From Dimargaris cristalligena (Eukaryota), in NCBI GenBank assembly GCA_003614675.1, contig ML002392.1, forward strand, positions 1 to 34,310: a stretch of DNA of 34,310 nucleotides. Direction: 5' to 3'. Shown piece after piece: positions 10,001-21,970 of the stretch. The translations under genes and the position numbers were made by a program. Below the pieces are notes generated by a model. It ran no database searches and was not told the origin of the DNA. It saw only the letters and a program-made list of their open reading frames with translations. Numbering within the stretch: the first letter of the stretch is position 1; the number at the start of each line of letters is the position of its first letter.

Positions 10001-13000
10001 AGGGCATATCTAGAGCGACGGTATCAGCCAGCGACATTTTCCGTTGAACCGGGGGCCCATCTCCAAACACCAGGTCGTCTTCCGGCACTACGATTGGTTC
10101 GGCGGAAGTGGCTGGGGCTCCCTGGTCGGAAATGAGGGCAAAATGCGAGGGCGATGATGGCCGGGGCTCGGTTCCAACTTCGTGGGTCTCCACGGCCACG
10201 GTGCTGGTCTGGATAGAATGGGCCCAGAAGTGTTGCGGCCCGGCGGTAGGCTCCGGTTGGGATGGATGAACAGCTGTGGCAGTAGCTTTAGACACGGTCG
10301 CCGGTGCCGGGTCAGTCTGGCAGGCGCTGTCCAGGGTAATGGATTGCGGAGCGGATACTTCAGTGGGGTTTAAGGATTCGGCTGGGTCGTGAGATACCGC
10401 CTTATGACTGCCTAGCGAGGATGCTGCGACTGGGTTGTCCGGTTTACTATCTAAAACGGGTTCCGGCTCCGTTTGGCAAGCGGAATCAACTAGGGCGGCT
10501 CGAGAAACCGAACCTGTACTAGAAGCCACCGAATCGGGTGACAGCGGCCGTGGGGTATTATTAAGGGCGGGTGGAGGTTGATCGTCGCTTCTTACGAGGG
10601 CTTCGACCGTTGCCTCGGGACTGGGGTAGACTTCCAAAGGGGAGTCGGGGGAAGGAGACCGCGAGGCGGGTAGATGGAGAATGGCCGGGATAATGGGCGA
10701 GACTAACGGTGAAGTTAGCTCGGTTTGAGCATCCGCCCATCCCGTCAACTCATATGCGCTAACTTGGGTACCCTGGCTCACCTGCTCGATCGGGGCCTTC
10801 GCAAACACTTGGGGTTCGTACAGGTCCACTTGAATGGACTGGTCGACCTGGGTGATTGGAATAGCAACTTGCTCTGCAAGGACGGGTATATCCACTTGAA
10901 CCGCCTGATCCACTAGTTTAACGGGGACCTTCTCGGGCTCTGCAGGCCGGTGCGGGTTTAATGGTCCGGCTTGATCAGACTTCTCAAATCGAACATCACC
11001 ATGTTCCGGAGAGCTTGGGGTATCCTTCCGAATTTCCACGGGGTTCTCTAGGTCAGGTAAATTATCTAGGCTACATTGGTCAGTCCGATCGGTTTGAATA
11101 GCAACACCCTCCGGAAGACCCAGTGTCCCGACTGGGATGCTCCGGCCAGATTGCTCCAACCCGACTTCGGCAAGTTCTTGGGGACCGGTCAGGTCTACCT
11201 GAATGCATTGGTCGGCCTGTTGAAGGCGAATTTCATCCGGGGCGTCTACACCTCGACTGGCTAGTAGAACGGGCGAAACCGGATCGGTGTGTGAATCGAG
11301 CACGGGGTGGAGATCGCGTAGCTGAACCTGGTGGTTCTGGTCGGCCAGAACGACGGCAGGCGGGGGCAGGATAGGATCGGTCTGCACCATAACCTCTACG
11401 GTGGATACGGAAGGTATCAATTCGGGAGACCGGATCGTTTGGGCGCCGGTTGGGGAGGGTGCCTGGTTAAACAGAGGACGTTGGCAGTGTGAGCAGGGAC
11501 CAGACTGTCGACTCATTAAGGGGGACTCAAGCGCGAGATCCCGATCGAAGCGGCTCACGGGGGGCGGAGGCAAATGGCCGAGGGGCGAACCCTCGATATC
11601 GCTATCCGGGGGCCTAGGATAGAACTCGAGAACCCCAGCGACCGGCTTCGTGGCGGTGCTGAGGATATCGCTAAGGGATTGGGCAACGGGTTGGGACCCT
11701 TCATTGGGCGACAACCGGCGGCGGGGGGCGGATTGCCGTCGACCCCGCTGGGTGCGAGATTTGGTCAAGGACTTTTTACGAACACTACGCCCCCGCCGGC
11801 GTCCGCCCGTGGACTCCTTGCCGGAGCTGTAGGTCAGCGGTTGAAGGCTCTCGTCGGGGTCAGTTATACTGCCCGATTCCGATGATTGATCGTCTGGATC
11901 GGCCTCAGGAACGTCGCTCAATGATCGGCCTCGGCCGACGGGCGGGAACACCCTGGCCAGTTGCTTCAACTCGGCTTCCAGGTAGTTATCATTGGGGTTG
12001 CCGCCATCGTCGGCAGCCGAAGTAGTTGCGGCGGATGGGCTATGGGTAGGGCGCAGGAACTGAATGAAATTACGCGACTTCATGGCCAGCTGGCTGGACG
12101 GATGGCCCCCCGTAGTCCGGGATGAATCAGTGAGCTCAGTTGGACCGAATACATCATCCCGATCCTCGGAGGTGGCCCGAGCGGCTCGGGCCAGGACAGC
12201 GGAACGACGGGTGCTGGAGGCCAGCCGCGAACGGCGGGTGGAGGAGCGGGGCTGCGACTGGGACCGAGCCTGGGCCTGGGCCAGGATCTGGTTGTGAGAG
12301 TGGCTCTGACGACGAGGGCTCAGAATATTATCGTCGTCCTCGGCATCCCGCCAGTCTAGATCAGCGCGCCGGATTCCTTCTACGGGGGGAGGGAAGTCCA
12401 CGGGTTCGGCTGGGGCCCATAGGGCGGCCTCGCGGCGTAGATTTTCAATGGTGAGCTGATACTCCTCGACCATACGGTGGAGCTCCATGTTGTCCTGGCG
12501 TTCGCGGTGCAGGGTTGAGCGGAGTTTCTCAATCCGGCGGTGGGCGTGGCCCAGGGACCCGGTTAAGGTTTGCACATGCATCGCCTGGAGACCAGCGGAG
12601 GGCACGGACCCCGGGGGCCAGGGGTGGCCACTGCCAGTTCGCCGGACGGGAGTCTCAGGGTACTCGGAGAGTGATGGCACCTCGGGATCAACGGGGTCGA
12701 AGGGCTCGGGCTCGGGCTCGGCCAGGAGGGCGGCCGTACTTGGAGATACGGCCGCACTTCCGTCGGATCGACCCCCGGCGCGCTGGATCTTGCCGGCTAG
12801 CTCGGCCTTGAGATCGTTAACTTTCTTTTGGAGGTCGGTCTTGTCCCGCTGCAGGTTAATAAGGTTTTTGCGGGACTGGGCCATTTCCTGTTCGTGCCGG
12901 GACCGGTTGTTGAGTAGGCTAGCAGTCAGGCGCTCCTCGGTTCCCTTGAGCTGTTCGACCTGCTCATTGGCACTGTGGAAGGAGCGCTGGAGGGTGTCCT

Positions 13001-14207
13001 TCTCCTTGTTGGACCGCTTGGCCTGTTTCTTGGCCTCGTCCAGTTCCTTTTTGAGCTCCTGGGCGGTTAGTTGGAGGTCCCAGTTCTGAGTCTCAACCAG
13101 CTTGAGTTCCTCGGCGCTCTTTTCTTTTTGCTTTTTGAGCAAGGCCACCTGCTTGTTCAGTTCCTGGCCATGCTCGTCCAGCGTTTGGCTCTCGAGCTCG
13201 ACCTCGCTGAGTTTGCTCTGCAAATGGCGGCACTGCATCAGTAAACCGTTGCCCAGTTTAGAGGCAATGGTCATTTCATCGGTCCAGGCCTTGAGCAGCG
13301 TCACGGGATCGGAACTACTCAGGGCCAGGGCGGCGGGGTGACCCGCCGGGTCCTTGCCCTGTTTGGCCAGGTGATCAAGCAGGTCGCTAATATCGTCCTT
13401 GCGCAGGGCGGCGCCGCGGGCCTGATTGAGGGAAGTGCCCTCCGAGAGGCCCCGCCGGAAAGGCACATTGAATGACCGGAAGAAGGGGGCCATGGATTGG
13501 AACTCGCGCTTGACATCGGCAAGGTCCTTGAGGGCCCGCTGCAAACCCTGGACGGGACCGGGATCAACGCCCTCATCCTCGGGGACTCGTACTAGGTGCA
13601 GACCTACGGTGTCGCTGGAGCGGCGGTCGGGAGGCGGAGGAGCGTTTTCCAGATGGGAGGGCGGTACACTCAGGCTGAAGGAGCGCCGCTTGGGGGTGCC
13701 ATTGGAGTGGTCCGGGGAGGGGGGACCGGGGTCGTATCCATCGGGAAGGCTTAGCAGGGGGTCGGAAGGGGAGTTCAATGAGCCGCCGCTGGGTGTATGC
13801 AGCTCAAGGTCTTTGATGCGGGCGATCTTCTGGTCCACTTGGGCAACGAGACTCAAACTAAGCTGTTCGGACATGACGCGGCGGTTATATTCCTCAATCA
13901 AATTGGCGCGAAGTTCGTTGATAAATTGGCCGAGGCTGGCTTTGGAGAAGTTGTCCCATTGGGGAGTGGCGGGATCGTCGGGCGGGGGTTCGACCGGGGC
14001 GGGGGTCGGTACGGCCAGCCGCTGCAGCTCCACCGTCTCCTTGGAGACGGAGCGACGGTGGGGTGGTTTAGTCTTGGTGGCAGAGCGCAGGCTACCCTGG
14101 CTGGGGGGCCTTTTGAGGGAGGCGGAGGACGGACGGCTCTTGCCGGTGCGAACCGAGCTGGGCCGTGCGGCCTTGGAGCCATCCTGGGGGGGCTCCTTGG
14201 CGGACAT
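7022..14207 (-). CDS. NUM1: Num1/ApsA/Mcp5-family cortical dynein anchor (N-terminal coiled coil, long disordered linker, C-terminal PH domain), about 2390 aa, split by an apparent +1 frameshift near 8580
   Basis: ORF 14420-8478 (first ATG at 14207, MSAKEPPQ) has a long coiled coil beginning ASKLGNGLLMQ. The overlapping ORF 8725-7022 has the Mcp5/Num1 PH signature IIHAITQTMVGEFMWKSTR...RHLRFFWIHPYTKTIHWS...RELKFKATSRVRHDIWSQSLSFLL. The two ORFs differ by a +1 frame. Confidence 0.85.
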
Positions 14208-14611
14208 TGAAAGGGCAGACCCCGCGGGGTTCGAACGAGGGGGGGCGGTTAACGAAGGCGAAAGCGGGTGGAGATGGCGCGGGGGGGGACAGAGACTAAG
14301 GAGGCGAGGGGAGGCTAGTGAGTAAGGGTTAGGGAGAAATAAGAGAAGGAAAGTATAGAGATAGAAATAAAGAAAGAAGGAAACAAAACAGCCCGCTGAG
14401 ATGGACCTCTGAGGCAGCACGTCGCAAAACCCAGGTGAGGCGGATCGGCAAGCGGAGATGAACCTTGGCCAGTGAGAGCGGTTCGCTTTTTTTTAAGGTT
14501 GTTATTTCAAAACATTCCCCTGGGGCGGGAACGGCAACCGGAACTGCCCTGGCCCTCCTCTCCCGTATCCCATCCCCGTTGGGCCTTCGTTTCCCCTTGC
14601 CCTATGGATAC

Positions 14612-14653
14612 GGATATAATATATATATATATATATATTATATTATATATATT
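14612..14653. repeat. (AT)n microsatellite and AT-rich tract upstream of NUM1
   Basis: ATAT run directly visible in the sequence. Confidence 0.85.
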
Positions 14654-15770
14654 GTATAGATCTGTGCTAATCAAAATCCCCCCTCTTTCCCTTATAATCC
14701 CAGCGTGCCCCTCCTTTTTAAAAAATCCTCATCTGCAGGTCGACGCAGTACCAGTTCGTAGTTGAGTCACCCGCTGTTCGTCTGCCTCCACGAGACCTCC
14801 CGATTATAGCCCTTCTATTTCCCTTCCTTCCCAGTCCCGTGTATCATTCACTTACATGCACCCTTTATGTAACCCCTTCGTGACCCTCCACTTCGCTCAG
14901 ATTAGTGGAGTAGCGTAGAATCTACGAATACCTACGTCGTTCATTTTCCCTACCGGTCGAATAAGAAATGGTAAGAAAAGTCAGTGCTGGGCAAAAAGTG
15001 GACAATGCCACTGTGGCAGAGGTGGGGAAAAGGACGGGCTACTGGCATGCCCTCCACCCAGGAAACCTCACACACTACTAGTAACCCCCTCCCCTCTCTC
15101 GCCACCTCAGCCAGTTACCGCTGGAACATATAGCAATACTAAAGGTGTATTTATGGATTAGGAATGTCCCCGGACTGGAGATATAATAAGCATGCAGGAC
15201 CGGGTGGGTAGACGTGAATTGCGTAACAGACTGATAATACGATATGACTTCCAAAACAGCAGTGAACTAAACGAAAGAAGCCGAAAGAAAAAAACAATAA
15301 CAACCTGGCATGGGCCGCGAAGGCGGGGGGGGGGAAGGGGGTAACAAGCATAAAAAACAAACCACTCGCCCAGAGGCACTTCACACACACACATACACAC
15401 AGATACACAGGTACGGATAAACATGAATTCGATCATATACTCATCATATGAAATAAACTAACAAGGTAGTAAAAATAATGAATAAAACCCCACCCCTTGG
15501 GAAGGGCAGATTAGAATGGGTTGCCAGCGACTGGGCCCTCGTGGTCGGCGAAGTGGTTATTTCCTATGATACGGGATTAATGAGGTGCGCATGGTAAAAT
15601 AAAAGGGAAGTTTTCCCATAGACATAACAATGGAAAGACATGGTGGTTAGGTGGGTTGTGGTGGTGGCCAAGTAGCTTAGAGTAAAGGGTTCCAAATTGG
15701 CCCCTCCCTTCTCAGCACGAGGGTGGGTGCGCTACACAAGCCCATCTATAATTGGCCGGTTGAGTGTTAC

Positions 15771-17014
15771 TTACTTGACGGAAAATACAACGGCGAGCAC
15801 AATGGCAATGATGATGAGAATAACAATAATGGTCAGGATCCACAGCTTCTTGCGGGTCCGCTTACGGATGGAGATGGCCTTTTCCACCTGCTCGTTGGCC
15901 GCGGCAGTGTCGGTCACCGTGTTACCCACTTGGACTTCGATATTGTCAATGACTTCCTGTTGCGCGTGGACCATTTCGTTAAGACGGACAAACAAGGCGT
16001 TTAGCTCCAGGGCCTTCTTCTCGATCTGGCGCATCTCCAGCTGGCGGGTTTCCACTTCCCGCATCACCCGGCGGGCATCGCCTACTCGGGTGGAAGAAAG
16101 CAGCGACTGGGTAAACACCTGGCCGGCCCGTTCGTCATCCAGGGCCTGCTCAATTTCCTCGTCGGTGGCCAGGGGCTTAGCCACCTTGTATTGCCGCTTG
16201 AGACGGTCGCGGGATTTGTTCCAATAGACGTCCTCCAACTCACGGTAGCGCTCAATAACCTCCTGGAATCGACGAGTGACGGCGGCGGTTCGACCCTTGC
16301 GGGCCGCCGTGTCGGGAGCACCCACGGGGAGTCGCTGGTTCTCAGTGGTAAGCTCCTCCAGACCGCCCTGGGCCCGGCGGATGAGCTGATCGATTTCGGT
16401 ACTGACTTGGTCGCGCTCTTGCCGGCAGCGGTTGGACTGGTCCTCCCCGACAGCCTGTAAGGTCCGCTGGTTTAAGCGATCAACCTGGTCAACCTGCTGC
16501 TGGATGGCTTCGAGCTCCTGCTCAATACCACGAATCTAACGAGAGAACCCCCGATACAGCCAATGAAGAATGGTGGCCATAGGGTTAGCCATGGGGGTAA
16601 GTGAGCGAGCAAAAGGGCACCGGGGTGTAAACAGGAAGATGGAAGCAGAAAGAGAAAGGGTATGGGTAGCTGCTCCGCCGTTTAACTTCCATGGGCATTA
16701 TATATCTATTTGTATGTGTATGTGTGAATATATGCATATATGCCAAACGTACCTGCTCGTGGAAGCCGCTGGGATCGGACCCAGCGGGGTTAAGGTTTCC
16801 CATTTCAAGGGAAGCGGGGGCGGGGTAGTAACCGTCGCCCGGTTGGGCCTCGGCCTAGAAGGGGGGGGAAGTAGGGGTTAGAGGGTTAGTCTACGGGACC
16901 TCAGTGGGAGAAGCCGGAAACACGAACGCGGGAATGGTAATTGCTAGAAACACCACATATATATATATATATATATATACTTACTCTAAATTCCCCCAGG
17001 CGGTCACGACTCAT
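15771..17014 (-). CDS. SSO1: Plasma-membrane t-SNARE syntaxin (Sso1/Sso2/Psy1-like), 3 exons, about 298 aa
   Basis: Exons 17014-16985 (MSRDRLGEFR, a syntaxin N-peptide), 16854-16753 and 16535-15771. Motifs: RQYKVAKPLATDEEI, QVFTQSLL, the Qa SNARE motif ELNALFVRLNEMVHAQQEVIDNIE, and a C-terminal TM helix KKLWILTIIVILIIIAIVLAVVF. Confidence 0.93.
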
Positions 17015-17310
17015 GCTGTTCGGTGACGGCCAATACGGGAGGTGAAAAGAATAAAAGAAAGGAAGTTCAGATGGAGAAAGGAACGGAAATGCACAATGGG
17101 GGGAGATTTTCTTTCGGATGAAACAAGCACTGGAGAAGAGGTTCAAGTGCCAGTGGTAATAGTAGAGCCAGGAGAACAATTAAAAAAATGAAGGCTGGGG
17201 AGGGAGAGTATTATGCCACTTTCCCTCGTCTTACTATAGTTATAGTGGTTTTTAGACTGAGGGAGAGAGAGAAGTGAGCTGTGTGGGTTGTTTTACTCTT
17301 CCCCACGCGG

Positions 17311-17329
17311 CTCTCTCTCTCTCTCTCTC
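17311..17329. repeat. (CT)n microsatellite in the SSO1 upstream region
   Basis: CTCTCTCTCTCTCTCTCTC directly visible. Confidence 0.85.
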
Positions 17330-17550
17330 TGCCAAGCTAGCTGAGACGGGGTTTCAGCTGCGCTAGCCCACGGGCCACTGCCAACGTCAGCGTCAGCCCA
17401 CAGCGACAAGGGGGCAGTAGTTTTAGACACGCGCAGGTAAGTTTTATTATGCTATTTTGTAATGCTATATAGAATATGCAGGAATTATGGAACTAGTCCA
17501 AATGAAATCCAACGGGAAATGGAACAAAAGAAGGACTTCTCTAAACAACA

Positions 17551-17811
17551 TTACCGGCCGTGTCCGGGGAGGTGGTATGATGGGCAATCCTGCGGGTTAC
17601 GGGGGTCGATGGCGCACCGCCGAACGAGCGTTACTCGCCGCGGGTGAAGGACCTGGATGCCGGAATGGACATGTTCACTTTGGGCCGTGGCCCACCCGGA
17701 ACCGTTGGCGGCACTGGCGGGCGAAGGCTCACGCTTGACTAAAGGTCCGGCCACAGCCAACGCGAGGCAGGAAACTAGCAGAGAAAATACGGTAGCCGTC
17801 GTGGGTTGCAT
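17551..17811 (-). CDS. Small secreted prepro-peptide (86 aa) with dibasic processing sites; unknown family
   Basis: MQPTTATVFSLLVSCLALAVAG is signal-peptide-like and is followed by PLVKR, HPRR and LVRR sites and a terminal CAIDPRNPQDCPSYHLPGHGR. The ORF is GC-rich with AT-rich flanks and has TATAAA about 118 nt upstream. Confidence 0.7.
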   Translation of the reverse strand: MQPTTATVFSLLVSCLALAVAGPLVKREPSPASAANGSGWATAQSEHVHSGIQVLHPRRVTLVRRCAIDPRNPQDCPSYHLPGHGR

Positions 17812-17927
17812 AGCTATAGCTGGTGGATAGTATAAAAAATAGTAGTGGTAGTAGTAGTGGTAATAGTGGCCAAGTGATAACGAAGAAGGTGGTTGTTGTG
17901 CCGAAAGACAGGGCGGCTCGGGCGGCA

Positions 17928-17933
17928 TTTATA
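17928..17933 (-). promoter_or_regulatory. TATA box for the small secreted peptide gene
   Basis: The minus strand reads GGCTATAAATGCC in a GC-rich context, followed by a (CTA/CCA)-rich leader to ATG 17811. Confidence 0.5.
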
Positions 17934-18540
17934 GCCCGGACGGCCGTTTGCATGGGCTTCTACGAACGAGCCTTCGTTACACCAGCCCCCCTCCCCCTTT
18001 ACCTCGCCTAGTAGGATGCTCCCGCTGATGAAGCACAGTGTACTACATTGCCCTTACCGGCCCGTAAGTCTGGCTATCGTTGGACATTTCTTCGCCCTTG
18101 AGAAGAAGACAGCGCCCTTCCTTTGTTACCCCCTCGCAGTTCCCGGTCCCCGCGAGCTGGCCCCCGGCTTTGTTGTTTCTCTCTTTTACAGTTCACCTGC
18201 TCTAGAGTTGAGAACGAGGGGGGAGGGGATTCCGTCGTTCTCTTGGCCGCTCCTCTTCTTCCTGCTGCCCCCCCCTCTTTCCCTTGCCGACTAGCAACCC
18301 TTCGGGCGGGTGCGTTTATGATTGCCCTCGCATACTCCGGACCCCCCATTGTTATGGACCGGCTGGCTTCATAGTCGAAAAGGGGCCCATGAAAATGGGT
18401 AGGGTAATGGTTGTTTATTCGAGCACCGTGTGCCCATTGACGAGTTGGCTGGCAAGAAGAAGAGGGCGAGGCTAGAGCGGATGAAATGGGCGAGATAAGA
18501 GGGGGCGAGGACAGAGGGTTCCGATCAACCTCCCAGTAAA

Positions 18541-19266
18541 TTAATTGGAGAGAGGGGGGCACACCCACCGGGAGAGCGCCGCCGCCCGCACCGGAGGGAG
18601 CATGTAGGCCAGGGCCAGGCACATCACGGACCAGCCAATGCTGTTGAACAGGGCCATGGCCAGTACCACCCGACCTTGCCGGCAGGCCGTGGGGACGTCG
18701 CCCAGGCCCTGGCCTAGGTTGGGCCATACGGGGGCCACCAGGAGACTATTTAGAGCATTACAGTCCACTGCCCCGCTGTGCCGGTACAGCACTCCGCTGA
18801 ACGCCATCCAAATAAGGGCCATGCCGAAGCTGAACCCACACCGAATACGGTGCAGGACCCAGTCCCACCGAAGAATCCAGCGACTGAGCCGGTGCAGCAA
18901 TGGCTGGTCCGTCGGGTCGCCGGGTCGGGCAATACACGTCATCCCCAACCGGTCCGATATCCGCTTCCGTACAAGCCGCTGCCATTGGCCGTCAATGTGG
19001 ACGTACCACCGTCGAATATAGAGCGTAGCGAACCCAAAGAGGGTTAAAGTGCCAACCGAGCAGAGGGCGTTCCCCGCCACCCCGGCGTAGAGAAGCGGGT
19101 GGAGTAGATCGTTTAGGTAGCCGAAAATCTCACCTCCCTGAGGCCCAGTCAGTGGGGCATAGACGGTATTGCTGGCGACGGCCATGATCAACACCACGAC
19201 TGAGGTAACGAGCTGAATAGGGAAGATGAACACTTGGCAAATGCCAAAAAGACCAGAAAAGTGCAT
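18541..19266 (-). CDS. Four-TM membrane protein, MARVEL-like (5' end uncertain)
   Basis: Four hydrophobic segments: LVTSVVVLIMAVA, LLYAGVAGNALCSVGTLTLFGFATLYI, GFSFGMALIWMAFSGVLY and VVLAMALFNSIGWSVMCLALAYML. A Cys pair in the last loop and C-x-x-x-R before TM4 fit fungal MARVEL proteins. The start is either ATG 19266 or an upstream exon from ATG 19458 spliced to the acceptor near 19213. Confidence 0.6.
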   Translation of the reverse strand: MHFSGLFGICQVFIFPIQLVTSVVVLIMAVASNTVYAPLTGPQGGEIFGYLNDLLHPLLYAGVAGNALCSVGTLTLFGFATLYIRRWYVHIDGQWQRLVRKRISDRLGMTCIARPGDPTDQPLLHRLSRWILRWDWVLHRIRCGFSFGMALIWMAFSGVLYRHSGAVDCNALNSLLVAPVWPNLGQGLGDVPTACRQGRVVLAMALFNSIGWSVMCLALAYMLPPVRAAALSRWVCPPLSN

Positions 19267-19809
19267 TTTTAACAACAGCGAGGGCAATATAGCCAGGCAA
19301 ACGACGAGCGACGGTATCGGTGGAACTGGGATCTTTTATAAGTAACTGACCCAACCTACCGATTCCTCAATTACAGACCACACCAGGACAAACCAGGGGT
19401 AAGGCCACACCACCGCCCAATTCCGTCGCATCTTCGCGTAAAACAACTGCAACAACATAGTCCATAGCGACACACCGCCTTCCGCATCGCCGATTCACCC
19501 CCCTAATGCCTCCGTTACTGTGGCTCCATGCCAAAGCCACGCAGCCTCCCCACTAGGCCGAATTGGGGCTCCGATAAACCGCCCCCCCCCCACAGAAGTA
19601 GCAGTCTCCAATCCAGCCAATCTTCATGAAAAAGGAGGGGATGGGCGTGTTTGCATGGCGGGGCATACCAGTTAGTTAGTTACTCACCCATTGGTAGGTA
19701 GATAGGCTATTCTATTATACATGAGTAAGCAGCTCTCCCCCGACCTCGCTCCACAGAAGCCATTTAGTTATTCTTATTTTTCTTTTTAGCATTCGACAGG
19801 GTCTCCACG

Positions 19810-21970
19810 ATGCCAATTCCGTCGTTCGACTTCGAGAGGGTCCATACTCTTGCGACCCAGCTTCGGACACACTCTCCCACCAAACTTCCGTCAAACACCG
19901 CGAACCCCCGTCGAGCCAGTGTGGCTATTATTATCCGGGCTCGGCCACACCAGGTTGCTGGTAAGCTTAAACGCAGCCCCGGTCTAGTATTGGCTTTGCC
20001 CCCATTCCAATTCACCTCCTTGGGCCAATGTACTAATCCCGGCTATGCTCACCTCTGCCTTTGGCGCTCCATGGCTACATTACCTACTCAGAATTGGCCT
20101 TACCCTACACCCTGGTCGAGTATTTAAAGGGTAAGTCAAGCCCCTGTCCACGACTAGAAGGCCACCCCATACTACCTTTCCTCTATTGCCGCTTTTTGTT
20201 CTACCCATTGGCCTGGTGGGGCCCCCATACTCCATCGGTTTGGTGCCCAAATGTTACTGACATGAGCATCCCTCAGTTAAACTTATCGAGATATATTTGA
20301 CACCACACTACATCCCTTTCCTTCGCATTGTACCGATGCTGCTTAGATGATCGTGTGCGGGCCGCCGATTTTGAGGTCTTATACATCAGACGTGCGATAT
20401 CCCCCACCGACCGTTGGTCTGGCCAGGTGGGTTTAAATTCCGAATTCCATAGTGGAAACTGGCTGTGGGATTTTAGCCGGCTTGGTGTCTGTCCGCACCC
20501 CTTCGCACAGGGCTTAAACAGTACCCTATCGGATACCGATTGCTAACATTACATCTTTTATGGCCGTCCTTTTGTGGATTTTTCTGCGGGAACTTTGGTG
20601 CCCACTCCCTCTTTAATAGGTGGCATTTCCGGGTGGCCGGCGCGAGCCAGGGGAGTCAGACCAGCAGGCCGCTGAACGGGAAACTCGTGAAGAAATCGGC
20701 CTCGATTTACATACCTCAAAGTAGGTCAAGTTACTACTATTTTCTTGATCCTTACCATGGTCACCTAGACCTATTTGATGCGACTCATTCTAACCAACCT
20801 TCCATCTACTTGCATATTGTGTACTAGCTATGCCTTCTTGGGGGCCCTCGATGATCGAACGGTACACAGTTTCATGGGCCGCACTACCCTACTGGTCCTC
20901 TGCCCCTTTGGTATGTATAAAACGAAAATTATCTAGTAGCCCCATTTATCCCTGACCCCGCTGCAGTTATCCATAGCTATATATTACACCACACTTTCCC
21001 TAGCCTGCTAATTGATACTAAATTAATCTACATGTTGGCTACCTTCTATGGTTACGATGTATTAGTGTATCTTCAACTTGCCCCAGCGACCCCGCCCTTG
21101 CTACCACAGCCCACCGAAGTCGCCTCAGTCCATTGGATCTCTTTCGGCGCCCTGTTGGCCAATCTCCCCCATTACCATGGGCCTACCCATGAGGTCCGGA
21201 ACCACCCTTCTAGCGACCCTGTTGCGATTGATTATGCCCGCCGTCTGCTCCCTACCTGGCTTCGCCCCTGTTGCCCCCTGAGTAACCGCGTCTTGCACTT
21301 GCTGAGTGGCTACTACCACTTCCACTGTCTCACTTTACTCGTGGATGCGCTATCCTCACACTACGCGCTCCCTTCTCTCGAAGACTCCCAGCCCCTTCGA
21401 TTATGGGGTCTAACCTTACAAATGACGAGTGACCTTGTCGACACTACTTTCCCCCCTGATCGGCTACCCGCCGTACCGCTCAGCGGACCCCTTCCAGTAT
21501 TCGAGTTCTGGGATGTTAAGGCGGGAATGTATCTGTGGCAACGATGGAACCAATGGTCCACTCCACGTCGCTCAGGAGCAGTTATCCGGTAAGTTGGCCC
21601 AGCACTTCTTATACATCAGCTGGTGCGCTTAGCATGCCATACCTATTGGACCTGAAGATACATCTATACTGCGTGCTTCCTCCCCCCGGTCCTACCGTCA
21701 ATAATCAGGAAACCTTGCCTAGAGACTACCCAATATGTACTTCTCCCAGACTATCCTTCTGAATATTCTAGGGCCTAATCCCAGATTAAATCGGTGCTTT
21801 ATATTTTTCAAACCCACAACCACAGGAGGCAGGAACTTTCCTACTACCGAACCCTTCGAATTCTCCTCACCTTAACCGTCCTGGGCCGACTTTTCTTCAC
21901 ATACTGGATAGCCCATTCCCTCTGGACTTGGGGCCGTCGCTTTTTTCCGGTATACCCATCGTATGCGTAA
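19810..21970 (+). CDS. Nudix hydrolase, CoA-pyrophosphatase-like (NUDT7/8/PCD1 group), with a C-terminal hydrophobic helix; 7 exons, about 373 aa
   Basis: Exons 19810-19960, 20092-20130, 20347-20426, 20620-20720, 20828-20910, 21066-21588 and 21826-21970 join in frame. Motifs: RRASVAIII, VLYIRRA...DRWSGQVAFPGG, Nudix box GGRREPGESDQQAAERETREEIGL, QPTEVASVHW, LWGLT. Confidence 0.88.

Noticed and set aside
13426-14325. Long + strand ORFs antisense to NUM1 (also 12487-13089, 8003-8626, 8292-8909) and to other genes (3-527, 15697-16227)
   Set aside because: These are shadow ORFs expected opposite GC-rich coding sequence, with no recognisable motifs.
14208-14420. Hydrophobic N-terminal extension of the 1980-aa ORF (FFLYFYLYTFLLLFL)
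   Set aside because: It starts at a non-ATG codon and is a translation of a pyrimidine-rich 5' UTR. The first ATG is at 14207.
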